64,000 nt of DNA from Candidatus Terrybacteria bacterium RIFCSPHIGHO2_01_FULL_43_35 (lineage in GTDB: Bacteria; Patescibacteriota; Minisyncoccia; Terrybacterales; GWB1-40-14), in NCBI GenBank assembly GCA_001822815.1, contig MHSR01000013.1, forward strand, positions 18,808 through 82,807, read 5' to 3'. This document shows, piece by piece, positions 38,742 through 48,038 of this stretch; position 1 is the first letter of the stretch; every line of letters starts with the position of its first letter. The notes beneath the pieces are model-generated. The model saw nothing but the letters and a program-made list of their open reading frames with translations. It did no database searches and was not told the DNA's origin. The position numbers and the translations under genes were made by a program.

Positions 38742-38871
38742 AAATTAAAATAATGTAATCCTTCGACTACGCTTTAGTCCCGACGTATCGTCGGGACACT
38801 CGCGCGGCTCGTGGGCAATCCTTCGATAAACTCAGGATTGTCCTGAGCAAAGTCGAAGGACAACAACTAGC
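38742..38871. repeat. Family A repeat element inserted between rpmI and rplT
   Basis: Contains the 49-nt block that is the reverse complement of 9962-10010 (1 mismatch). It ends in CAACAACTAGC immediately before the rplT ATG. Confidence 0.7.
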
Positions 38872-39219
38872 ATGTCTAGAGTAAAACGCGGAAAAACAAG
38901 AAACGCCAAGCGAGGGCGACTACTTAAACAGACCAAGGGTTTCCGTTGGGGGCGCAAATCCAAAAAACTTGCAGCAAAACAGGCCTTAATGAAGGCGTGG
39001 TCTTACAGCACGCGCGACCGCAAACGTAGAAAGGGCGAATTTAGAAAACTTTGGCAGATAAGAATAAACGCCGCGTCGCGCCAAAATGGATTAAGTTATA
39101 GCCAATTAATGAATCTGATACACAAAAAAAACGTGGCTCTGGATCGTAAAATCCTATCCGAAATCGCAGAAAAATATCCTGATGTTTTCAAATCCATAGT
39201 TGAAGAAATAAGAAAGTAG
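38872..39219 (+). CDS. rplT: 50S ribosomal protein L20
   Basis: MSRVKRGKTRNAKRGRLLKQTKGF... matches L20. Confidence 0.9.
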   Translation: MSRVKRGKTRNAKRGRLLKQTKGFRWGRKSKKLAAKQALMKAWSYSTRDRKRRKGEFRKLWQIRINAASRQNGLSYSQLMNLIHKKNVALDRKILSEIAEKYPDVFKSIVEEIRK

Positions 39220-39227
39220 TGTTTCAA

Positions 39228-39258
39228 AAAACCCCGCTTCAAAGCGGAGTTTTTATTA
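39228..39258. terminator. Bidirectional intrinsic terminator (AAAACCCCGCTT-caa-AGCGGAGTTTTT)
   Basis: Stem-loop flanked by an A-run and a T-run, between the rplT (+) end and the NUDIX (-) end. Confidence 0.7.
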
Positions 39259-39693
39259 GTGTTTAGCAAGAAACGCCTCGGCTTTCTTTATCAGATCTTT
39301 AGCGTTCTTGTATGTAGCAAGTTTAACGGCTTCATTATACGGCAACCATACATAACCGGTATGTTCGTGCGATAAACGGACATTACCGCCATAAGCTTCA
39401 CCCAAGAAAAATGTTACTGTTTTTAAGGTTCGGGTAGGCCGGCCACGTTTTTTTTGAGCATAAGACCACATCCAATATTGCATAACCTCTCTAAAATTAT
39501 TAAAGAGTTTAATGTTTTTTAAGCCAGTTTCTTCAAATATTTCTCGGCGCGCGGCTTGTTCTGCCTTCTCCCCCGCCTCAAGATGGCCTTTGGCAAAATC
39601 CCAGTGTCCGGCTTCGTAATGCAGAAGCAGATACTGCCTTATTTTTTTATAGCGCCGGAAGATAATCGCACCGGCTGAAATTTCTGGTCTCAT
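39256..39693 (-). CDS. NUDIX hydrolase
   Basis: Nudix box GHLEAGEKAEQAARREIFEETGL. Confidence 0.8.
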   Translation of the reverse strand: MRPEISAGAIIFRRYKKIRQYLLLHYEAGHWDFAKGHLEAGEKAEQAARREIFEETGLKNIKLFNNFREVMQYWMWSYAQKKRGRPTRTLKTVTFFLGEAYGGNVRLSHEHTGYVWLPYNEAVKLATYKNAKDLIKKAEAFLAKH

Positions 39694-39880
39694 GTGTTAG
39701 TTGTTGCCCGCGAGTTTGCTCGCGGATGCAACATGCATCTCTTCGAGTCTGAAGACTCTTCAGAGTCTGAACGACCCGAGCGAAGTCGAGGGATTACCTG
39801 CCAATTTTGCCCTCGCGGCAGCGGGGTGCAAAATTGTGCATCCTGAGCGGAGCGAAGGATTACCTAAAATTATACCATCA
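39694..39880. repeat. Family A repeat element abutting the NUDIX start codon
   Basis: GTGTTAGTTGTTGCCCGCGAG start-box. Internal units gcatctcttcgagtctgaagactcttcagagtctgaacgac, and CGAGGGATTACCT / CGAAGGATTACCT ends. Confidence 0.65.
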
Positions 39881-39955
39881 ATTGACTGCAGATAAATTGT
39901 TTGATATTTTACCACTGCCTCTTGAGAAGGAAGTCCGCGCCTGTCCCAAGAGAAG

Positions 39956-40480
39956 ATGGCCAGTAATTGGCCCAAAGGAGACACAATGAGCAGTACATCG
40001 ACAAAACCGTATCGCGAAACCCTCCCCGCCAATAGGAAACTTGCTCTGCATATGCTAGAACAGCTTCATGAATTAAAGTTAATCCCGCGTTCAACCTATG
40101 ATGCGGCAGAGTGGGGTCCCATCTCCGTCCTATACACAGACCCTGGTTATTTGGACGACAAAATTACCAGAGAGAGAGAAGTAACCTTTACCTTCGAACC
40201 TGCTCGCAAGGACACAAGCCGAGGTACCAAAGTAACCTTGCGTTTGGTTGGCGAGCATGGCGCCTACAAAGACGACAAAAATCGTCGCGATCTTGCTACT
40301 CGTGTTATTTCTGATGATGAAGACATTTACAATATGCACGATCCCAAGCGCTTATACATCAACTGGTGGGTTAAACGTATTCAAATAGTCTGGGCTAACT
40401 ATACTGTCACGTTTGAAGATACTAGTTCTTCGTTCCGAGGAAATGTTGGACCGTTAATTAATCATTTTGCTGAACGTTAA
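39956..40480 (+). CDS. Hypothetical protein (174 aa)
   Basis: ORF with plausible coding composition. No motif recognised. Confidence 0.4.
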   Translation: MASNWPKGDTMSSTSTKPYRETLPANRKLALHMLEQLHELKLIPRSTYDAAEWGPISVLYTDPGYLDDKITREREVTFTFEPARKDTSRGTKVTLRLVGEHGAYKDDKNRRDLATRVISDDEDIYNMHDPKRLYINWWVKRIQIVWANYTVTFEDTSSSFRGNVGPLINHFAER

Positions 40481-40595
40481 TAACGTTTAAGCGCTAATCA
40501 TCCGTTGCGGACCGGGTGATTTTTATTTGACATTATTAACAATTTGTTGTATTATTTATATAATTGCGATCCCGCAATCACTACAGGAGACAATA

Positions 40596-41510
40596 ATGAA
40601 TCGTCGTATTTGGCTCCTAGGACTGCTCTTTGTCATTCTCGTGTTTGTTATAAGCGGTAACCTATTCCCCTTTTTGGTATTCGCGTCAATTATCTTTGCT
40701 TTAGCGATCCATGAAGCGGGTCATGCAGTAAAACTCATAAAATACGGTATCACCATAAGAGAGTTCGGGCTTGGAATCGACGTGATAAGTCTAATTAAAA
40801 AGCGTCCTGCAGGCCCCGGCATCCTAACTATCGGCCCACATTCCCTTGCCCTGGGAACTCGGCGCATAAGGATTCCGCGTCTTGTCCTCCATCCCTTGCT
40901 CATCGGAGCATATGTTGACCATCCTGAAAGCGAACGCGAAAAACTTGATGCCCTGCCTACGGCTGCAAAATTAGAGATTTATAGCTCTGGAGCATACACA
41001 AATCTCTTGATGGCGGCCATCTTATTCCTTATGATCTTCTGGCTTCTTTTTACGCTATATATTGCCCATGGCATCTATCCTTCAAAGTTCCTCCTGCTTC
41101 ATTTACTGGCAGGCACCGTTACGTTTGCTATACTGGTCGCCTGGCGCGCATTCTTTATGCGCATAATGGCCAGTCTCACCGCTGTAATAGGAACTATTGC
41201 GCTTCCCGCAATTTTCATTCTACTAGGGCCGGCTGTACTTACTGGAATAATTGGCATTGTGGTATTGGCGTTCAATGCCAAAAATATTTTTGACGTGCTC
41301 ATGATTGCTTTTGCCATTAACCTATCAATGGGAATTATAAATCTCATACCGCTAGGTATTACTGACGGCCAACAGATTTTGCACACGCTATCTGAACGAG
41401 TCGGCGCTCCGCCGCGAATAAACCTATTGATGCGCCGCATGGGTCTGATAATGCTCGTAGTCGTGCTTGCTGTTTCTATTGCCAACGATCTTGCGACGTA
41501 TATATTCTAA
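40596..41510 (+). CDS. M50-family (site-2 protease-like) membrane metalloprotease
   Basis: HEAGH motif inside a TM helix (ALAIHEAGHAV), multiple TM segments. AGGAGA SD 6 nt upstream of the ATG at 40596. Confidence 0.65.
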   Translation: MNRRIWLLGLLFVILVFVISGNLFPFLVFASIIFALAIHEAGHAVKLIKYGITIREFGLGIDVISLIKKRPAGPGILTIGPHSLALGTRRIRIPRLVLHPLLIGAYVDHPESEREKLDALPTAAKLEIYSSGAYTNLLMAAILFLMIFWLLFTLYIAHGIYPSKFLLLHLLAGTVTFAILVAWRAFFMRIMASLTAVIGTIALPAIFILLGPAVLTGIIGIVVLAFNAKNIFDVLMIAFAINLSMGIINLIPLGITDGQQILHTLSERVGAPPRINLLMRRMGLIMLVVVLAVSIANDLATYIF

Positions 41511-41655
41511 AAAACAAAGCGCCTTGCCTTACGCAAAGCGCTTATTTCTTTAAAAAGAATTTTATCTTACCCAACGGCCAGGCGTTAATAACGTCGTTTT
41601 TCAATGCCCAACTGCGCCTTGTCCTTCGGCGAGCTCAGGACGCGCCGCGGCTGCA

Positions 41656-43440
41656 TTATTTATCTTTTAATGCTTTTAGCATCTGTTTAAGGGGATAAGT
41701 ATTGATTACGCTCCTCTTTTCAGTCCAACCTCGTCGTGCCTGCGCAATGCCGTAATGCAAAACATTAAGACCGGCTATTGAATGCGCATCTGAATCTATG
41801 GCTATTTTTACTCCGGCGGAAACGGCTTTGCGTATATATTCGTCTTTAAGATCAAGACGCTGCCAATAGGCGTTGGCCTCCAAAACCGTGCCGGTTCTCT
41901 TTGCGGCGGCAATAACTTCATCCATATCAACCTCATAAGGGGCGCGTTTATTTATTATTCTGCCGGTGGGATGGAAAAATATATCAACGTGCGGATTTGA
42001 TATGGCTTTTATGATACGTTTGGTCATATCGTGTCTGGACATATTGAAATAAGAATGTACTGACACGCCAACCACATCTAATTTAGCCAAAATTTTATTA
42101 GGCAAATCCAATGAACCGTCTTTCAAAATATCACATTCTGTTCCTTTAAGTATGCTGATGTCTTTGAACTTTGTGTTAATACGATCAATTTCAGCCATTT
42201 GCTTTAAGAGACGCCGCTCATCGAGCCCATGAGTCATGGCCAGGCGTTTGGTGTGATCAGTAATGGCAATATATTTGTGGCCGAGCTTAAGCGCTGCGCG
42301 AGCCAAATCTTCAATTGAATCTTCGCCGTCAGTCCAGTTGGATTGAACTTGCAAATCTCCCATCAAATCATCGTAGCCTACAAGCTTTGGCAATTTGGCT
42401 TGCCGCGCTGCTTCAATTTCGCCGGTGCTTTCTCGTAATTCAGGTTCTATATACTCAAGATCCAATATCTTATAGATTTCTTCCTCGGTTCTGCCGCAAA
42501 TATATTTATCTCCTTTTTTGCCTCCAAAAACCCCGTATTCGCTTAGCTTTAACCCCCTTTTTATAGCCAATTGCCTCAAAGTCACATTGTGGTCTTTATT
42601 GCCTGTAAAATAGTTAAGTGCTGCGCCAAAGGACTCGCGCGGCACGACACGCAAATCCAGATCGAGGCCATTTTTTAAACGAACCATAGTTTTTGTTCCG
42701 CCTTTGGCGTAAACATGGATGACCTCGGGCATGCTGACAAAATAATCCATGACCTTATCTGGAGAAGAAGAGACAACCAAAAAGTCTCCGTCCCCTACTG
42801 TTTCTTTTCTGCGCCTGATAGAGCCGACTATCTCAATCAATTCAACTTGGGATAATTTTCTTAGGCGATCTCTTATACTTAAAGCTAAGGGTAAAACTTC
42901 GCCCAACAAAAACCTTCCGCCGTGCTTTTTGTGGAATTCTATGCCCTTAACTATTTTTTGCTCGGTTTTTTCACCGAAGTGCTCCAATTTTCTTATCTTT
43001 CCGGTCTTAGCTGCTTTTTCAAGATCGGCAACATTTCTGATCCCGAGTTTTTTGTATAAAGTAATAATCATTTTAGGACCCACGCCTTCAATGGCCGACA
43101 ACGCCTCTACATCAACCGGTATTTCTTTCTTTAATTCCTGGTAATATTTCAGGTGGCCAGTTTTTACTAACTCCACCACTTTTGAGGCAATAGAAATGCC
43201 CACCCCCGGTATTTCTTCAAGGCCTTTTAATCCTGACTTTTTATATATTTCTTCAACCGGTTCCTCTAATGATTCAACGACCCGTGCGGATTTTTCATAA
43301 GCACGGGGCTTAAATGGCACGTTCTTCATCTCAAGGAATTCGGCTATCTGGTAAAGGATGCGAGCAATTTCTTGGTTAGTAACCATGCTCGATATATTAT
43401 TTATGGTCTTGGTTATTTCCGTTAACGCCTCTCCAGGCAT
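41656..43440 (-). CDS. polX: DNA polymerase X family protein with C-terminal PHP domain (PolX)
   Basis: N-terminal Pol-beta-like HhH region, C-terminal PHP histidines (ITDHTKRL..., HSYF..., DSDAH). Confidence 0.75.
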   Translation of the reverse strand: MPGEALTEITKTINNISSMVTNQEIARILYQIAEFLEMKNVPFKPRAYEKSARVVESLEEPVEEIYKKSGLKGLEEIPGVGISIASKVVELVKTGHLKYYQELKKEIPVDVEALSAIEGVGPKMIITLYKKLGIRNVADLEKAAKTGKIRKLEHFGEKTEQKIVKGIEFHKKHGGRFLLGEVLPLALSIRDRLRKLSQVELIEIVGSIRRRKETVGDGDFLVVSSSPDKVMDYFVSMPEVIHVYAKGGTKTMVRLKNGLDLDLRVVPRESFGAALNYFTGNKDHNVTLRQLAIKRGLKLSEYGVFGGKKGDKYICGRTEEEIYKILDLEYIEPELRESTGEIEAARQAKLPKLVGYDDLMGDLQVQSNWTDGEDSIEDLARAALKLGHKYIAITDHTKRLAMTHGLDERRLLKQMAEIDRINTKFKDISILKGTECDILKDGSLDLPNKILAKLDVVGVSVHSYFNMSRHDMTKRIIKAISNPHVDIFFHPTGRIINKRAPYEVDMDEVIAAAKRTGTVLEANAYWQRLDLKDEYIRKAVSAGVKIAIDSDAHSIAGLNVLHYGIAQARRGWTEKRSVINTYPLKQMLKALKDK

Positions 43441-43897
43441 TAAGCGCTTTTGAAAATTCGGTGAAGAGGAAATAAGCTAGTGTTTCGTAACAAAGCGCGG
43501 TCATACTTTCGGGAACATTCCAGCGTGGAGTCAAATAGCTAGCAATAAACATAATCAATAATGTGCCCCACCAGATATAAACGAATATTTCTCCGCGTCT
43601 TACGCGCGGAGCAACGCCGGTCCAACGCAATGTTTCCTTATGAACTATATAAGCGCCCAACAAAACAATATAACCTGCTTGTATTGTATGCGGCGTGGCC
43701 ATGTCAAAGAAAAACTCGGTCCACTCCATAAGCAGGATGACAAACGTCCATAGCATCAAAAACCAAAACATCCAGTCCTTAACCTGGACTAATTCTTTTT
43801 CATAACGAAGACATATCTGAGCCAGTTTATTTGGGGGTATAGATAAATATTCCTTATCAGGATCAGATGAATTTTGATTATTGCTCGTGTTTTCCAT
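43397..43897 (-). CDS. Membrane protein, hypothetical (166 aa)
   Basis: Three to four predicted TM helices. 3' end overlaps the polX start by about 44 bp. Confidence 0.4.
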   Translation of the reverse strand: MENTSNNQNSSDPDKEYLSIPPNKLAQICLRYEKELVQVKDWMFWFLMLWTFVILLMEWTEFFFDMATPHTIQAGYIVLLGAYIVHKETLRWTGVAPRVRRGEIFVYIWWGTLLIMFIASYLTPRWNVPESMTALCYETLAYFLFTEFSKALNAWRGVNGNNQDHK

Positions 43898-44099
43898 ATA
43901 TTTATTATACCTTGGCCAAACGCATACCCCAACTTTATTGGATTTTTATATTGTTGTTAACGAAAAGGTTATTTTTCTAGATGGCTCTTAGAGTTATCGG
44001 GGTTCACAAAAATATTTAAATCTGCTTGAGCCAACATTTGGGATACTGAACCAAAAACACCCCTTGAGGGGTGTTTTGTCGAGTGATACCGCGCTGAAT

Positions 44100-44951
44100 T
44101 TAATTCGCCCAGATAACAAAGGTAAACAGCTTATTCCCATTACCTAAGTCACGTTCAAACAAAGACGGCTTGCCATCCGAAGAGGCGCGAATAGCCTTGC
44201 CCCATTCCGCAGAATTCTCAAGATCGTCGTTGTTTCTGCCATGCGCTGCTCCAGAAATTGATTGGGAGATGGTGATACCCGAATCGAGATGGGTGTAGAT
44301 TGCTTTAAGCTGATCGTAGTCATGCTGATTTGGATGCTCGTTTGAAGGATCGTTGTCAACCGCTCCACCCACGCCGCCATCCGGGTCATTGGTGTAATCC
44401 ATACAGCTGCCTAAATTGGCATTGTTAAAAGTTTCGTCCTGATGAGCGAGACCGAAATCATGAGCAACTTCCTGACACATAACGAGCCTTCGCCAGGCAG
44501 GAGTGTTATAAGGAATGGTATTAAAATACGTATCGTTCACCTTGGCTGTGCCCGCAACTATATGGTCTCCGCTAGCCCAAATTTGGGCTAAGCCAAGCCA
44601 GCCGTTACGCCCATATTTAGCACTACAAACCTCAACGCGACCGCTCGTGGGTACGCAGTTCTTGGGTGTAAGTCTGCCCTTGGTATTATTGGTGCCGCCA
44701 GCGACAATAGTTGTATCAAGTACGGACGACACGTTCCAGTCAGATGAGGCTCCAGTAAGGTAAGCGTCCCAAGTGTTTGAAACGTTATCACCGAGCTTCA
44801 GAGTAACGGTGTTGCTTGTGCGCGACCAGTGATAGGCGCCCCAAGAATGATCTGCGTATGCAACGGCCGCAAACGCGCCGACTAGCGACACAAACGCAAC
44901 GGCCAAGAGGACGCGGTAACGAGAACAAAAGATGTGAAGAATCTTATTCAT
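44100..44951 (-). CDS. Secreted protein, hypothetical (signal peptide, His-rich putative metal site AHDFGLAHQDE)
   Basis: N-terminal signal peptide. The HDFGLAH motif is noted but is not a canonical HExxH. Confidence 0.45.
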   Translation of the reverse strand: MNKILHIFCSRYRVLLAVAFVSLVGAFAAVAYADHSWGAYHWSRTSNTVTLKLGDNVSNTWDAYLTGASSDWNVSSVLDTTIVAGGTNNTKGRLTPKNCVPTSGRVEVCSAKYGRNGWLGLAQIWASGDHIVAGTAKVNDTYFNTIPYNTPAWRRLVMCQEVAHDFGLAHQDETFNNANLGSCMDYTNDPDGGVGGAVDNDPSNEHPNQHDYDQLKAIYTHLDSGITISQSISGAAHGRNNDDLENSAEWGKAIRASSDGKPSLFERDLGNGNKLFTFVIWAN

Positions 44952-45068
44952 AATATTCGATGTTTTGAATTAATTGTGCTTAATATCTATGCCCATCTTA
45001 CCACTTACTGCTGAAAATTGCAAGTCCACTGTGAGTGCGTTGATTAGTTGCAAAAAATCATATGCTGG

Positions 45069-45581
45069 TTAAAAGCGGGTGACGCCAGGTGTCTCCGCAT
45101 TCGCCGAAATAGTAAAAATCGTGTACATGATATTTCCGGCCGCGTCTCTCAAGGGATGATCGTCTGCCATATGAAACACTCCGTCCCCGTTATCGTTGTG
45201 AAGCATGGCGATCAACTCTTCTCCATCTTGAGTAGGACGCGTAAGCGTAATCTGAATTTTTTCTGTTGCGCCCGGGGCTAACATATTACTGTTGCCAATT
45301 ATTGCTCCGGCTGTTTCACCAACGCTTTCGTGTATCACCACAAACCCGCCCCCAGAAACGTCAACAAAATCTACTACGACAATATCAGATGGCTTTTGCT
45401 CGGAAACGTAAATCGCGTTTTCGCCGATGCGGAATCCGGTATTTGTATCGGTATTTTTTAAAACGTTTTTATTTGCCGCCCGTTCAAATCCGCTATCGTA
45501 ACCAAAGTAATACCCGAGCATAACGCCTAAAACAAACGCAATAATTATAAAAGGTACGGTTATTTTCATTTGGTATATCAT
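45069..45581 (-). CDS. Membrane-anchored or secreted protein, hypothetical (170 aa)
   Basis: N-terminal TM/signal anchor. No motif recognised. Confidence 0.4.
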   Translation of the reverse strand: MIYQMKITVPFIIIAFVLGVMLGYYFGYDSGFERAANKNVLKNTDTNTGFRIGENAIYVSEQKPSDIVVVDFVDVSGGGFVVIHESVGETAGAIIGNSNMLAPGATEKIQITLTRPTQDGEELIAMLHNDNGDGVFHMADDHPLRDAAGNIMYTIFTISANAETPGVTRF

Positions 45582-45599
45582 AAAGTGTATTAAGGATTT

Positions 45600-46913
45600 T
45601 CAGAATAATTTGTCCTGGACAGCACTTCCTTGATTGCCGCTCAAAAAAATCTTACGTTCATCTTCAGAAAAAATCTCTACTTTACCGAACTCGCCGTCAT
45701 ATCCCGGTTCAATATGCAATTTGCCTTCGCGTATTCTTTTCAATCCCTCCCCTATTATAGGCAAGCTCTCCTGTGCCACTTCTGTAGTATCGGTATTAAG
45801 CAGAATTTCAAACTCATTGCCAAAAGATTTCAATAATTTTTCATACAGTTCGCTTACTTTTTTTGAAGCCGTGCCAACGCCAAAACATGAGGCTATTATT
45901 TCTTCAAGCGGCACAAATGACTTGAATTCTGGCGCGCCTGCCGGCTTGGCACCATCTTCCCTATTTGATAGATCGTTAACCCTAGACACCACCCCGACCG
46001 TAACTCTACGGCCGCAAACACTGCATATACCGCTATGTTCTTTGGTCTCTTTGGGATGCCATGATACTTTACAAAGCCTATGCCCGTCGTAATGATATTT
46101 TCCTTCTTGAGGGAAAAACTCTATTGTTCCGACTAACTTTGTTTTATTTCCTTCTCGCAAAGCGGCTTTTGAGGGCGCGCCATTTTTTATTGCTTCATGC
46201 ATGGCGGCGTACCCCATTTCGCCCTCAAAAATATTGGCTTCGCGGCCGATTTTTCGGCCGGAATGGCTATCGGAGTTTGAAATCAAGGTCACGGAATCAA
46301 GTTTAGAAACGCGCCAGTTCATCAACGGGTCGGAGGACAGACCGGTTTCTATGGCATATATTTTGGGCGTCATTTCATCAAAACATTCTTCTAGGGAATC
46401 AAAGCCTGACATGGAGCCAAAAACTGAAAACCAAGGCGTCCAAGCGTGCGCCGGAATGACCATACATTGATCGGAAACGGAAAAAACTATTTTAGCCAGC
46501 TCCTTAACATCCAAACCCAAAATTGGCCGGCCATCGGAATGAAGATTGCCCCGCCACCCTAATTGCTTATTTATTCCCTCTGCCGCTTCAAACGAAGGAG
46601 CAAAAATAAGGGTGTGGATTTTTCTGACTTTTGCGTTTTTGGAATAAATACTGGATACCTCAACTGTAAGCAAAAAACGTGTGGCGGTTTTTATATCTGC
46701 TGTGTTTTTTAAAACAAACAACCCATCTTCAGGCGCTGGCTCAAGCTGCTGTTTTAACTCTGAAATCCACTCTGGATGCGTAAAATCCCCCGTGCCCATA
46801 ACGGCAATCCCCTTTTTGACAGCCCATTTATCCAACTCGGCAATATTCATATCCTTGGAAACGGCGCGCGAGTAGTGGGAATGTATATGAAAATCAGCTA
46901 TAAATTTAGACAT
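45600..46913 (-). CDS. PHP-domain protein with CxxC zinc finger, endonuclease Q-like (TIGR00375-like)
   Basis: N-terminal DFHIHSHYS PHP motif, later GICSVCGRRVTVG zinc-finger-like motif. About 437 aa, as for EndoQ homologues. Confidence 0.5.
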   Translation of the reverse strand: MSKFIADFHIHSHYSRAVSKDMNIAELDKWAVKKGIAVMGTGDFTHPEWISELKQQLEPAPEDGLFVLKNTADIKTATRFLLTVEVSSIYSKNAKVRKIHTLIFAPSFEAAEGINKQLGWRGNLHSDGRPILGLDVKELAKIVFSVSDQCMVIPAHAWTPWFSVFGSMSGFDSLEECFDEMTPKIYAIETGLSSDPLMNWRVSKLDSVTLISNSDSHSGRKIGREANIFEGEMGYAAMHEAIKNGAPSKAALREGNKTKLVGTIEFFPQEGKYHYDGHRLCKVSWHPKETKEHSGICSVCGRRVTVGVVSRVNDLSNREDGAKPAGAPEFKSFVPLEEIIASCFGVGTASKKVSELYEKLLKSFGNEFEILLNTDTTEVAQESLPIIGEGLKRIREGKLHIEPGYDGEFGKVEIFSEDERKIFLSGNQGSAVQDKLF

Positions 46914-47050
46914 AATCTGCAGAATTATCTTTTATAAGCGTATCGCAACGTGTCAACGCATGCAAATAATATTGACGTAATAAATTTTTTGTGCCATGAT
47001 ATAAATAATGCGTTGCTTGATGTACGGACAACGCAAAAAGGAGGCAGAGG

Positions 47051-47338
47051 ATGCGAGAAGACCGGAAGATTAGCGAGCAAGAGGCTGATCGCCTTATCGC
47101 TGAAGGAGCAGGCACGATGTTTGATGTGCGTGATCCGGATGCGCAGATACCACCCTCCTACTTCGAGCCGAAAAACGGCAACCCGCACATCGTCGTCATA
47201 GCTGACGATACCTACTATGTGCGGAGCATCGAGGATCTAGAAAGCGGTCCCGATGGGGTCATTGTTCGCTTTCTAGATGAAAGCGACGGCAGGCCCCTGC
47301 CTTCGGCAGATGAAGTGTTCAAGTTTAGACAGCTGTAA
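47051..47338 (+). CDS. Small acidic protein (95 aa) with a perfect Shine-Dalgarno, hypothetical
   Basis: AAAGGAGGCAGAGG-ATG start context. Moderately GC-rich. Confidence 0.5.
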   Translation: MREDRKISEQEADRLIAEGAGTMFDVRDPDAQIPPSYFEPKNGNPHIVVIADDTYYVRSIEDLESGPDGVIVRFLDESDGRPLPSADEVFKFRQL

Positions 47339-47585
47339 TCAAACAGCAGTTTAAACCAACAACGGCTCGATCTTCGATCGGGCTGTTTTTCTACGTACTA
47401 ACATTACGATATACTATTGCCAAATTAGTTAATATATAGCTCTTCGCAGCAATACTATTTGGCGGGCGGCCTTGTGAGCAACATGAGGGCCAAGGACCCT
47501 TTGTCGGTACGACTTTATAAATGGAAAGGTCCCCTACAGTTGCGAACAAGGGCGCGCGCCAATAACTTAATACGACCCCGCTGTA

Positions 47586-47614
47586 TTGACAATACAAAAA
47601 TTATGTGCTAATAT
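47586..47614 (+). promoter_or_regulatory. Near-consensus sigma70 promoter (TTGACA-17-TAATAT)
   Basis: TTGACA at 47586-47591, a 17-nt spacer, and TAATAT at 47609-47614, read directly. Confidence 0.65.
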
Positions 47615-47620
47615 ATACAC

Positions 47621-48030
47621 ACTGAAGCTGATCTCCCCCTATACCATGAAGGTCAAGGGAGCTCTCAGCCAAACCGAACCTTGAGCCGGGCTGAAAGGCT
47701 TTACGGCTCAAAGCTAAGGCAGGAATAGGTGGCGCTGACAATAAAACAAGGATGTGTACATACTCCTTGCTTTACCCAGCACCACCGGGGTCAATGTTAC
47801 CGGCATGCGGAACATCCTGTCCGGGGGTCCGAGCCATGATCAGCTTGGATTGCAACCAGGAAAAGACCTCCAAAAAGCTCTTTCGTAACCGCCCCACGTT
47901 CTCTGACGCCTGGTCCGGGCTACTGGACCTTCTGTTTACTAACTGTCAGGGGCGGCAAATAAGGTGCGGGGAGGATCCATTCGGATCCTCCCCAAACCCC
48001 GACATCGTTTGTCGGGGTCGTTATTTTTTA
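47621..48030 (+). ncRNA. Candidate roughly 410-nt non-coding RNA of unknown class
   Basis: Strong promoter upstream. Two 3' hairpins (GGGGAGGATCC-attc-GGATCCTCCCC, then CCCCGACA-tcgttt-GTCGGGG followed by a T-run). The only overlapping ORF (93 aa) is low-complexity and runs through the terminator hairpins. No same-strand gene lies downstream. Confidence 0.5.
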
Positions 48031-48038
48031 TAGAAACA

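Noticed and set aside
47752-48033. 93-aa Cys/Pro-rich ORF inside the candidate ncRNA
   Set aside because: Low-complexity translation of GC-rich structured sequence. It reads through both terminator hairpins and has no SD.
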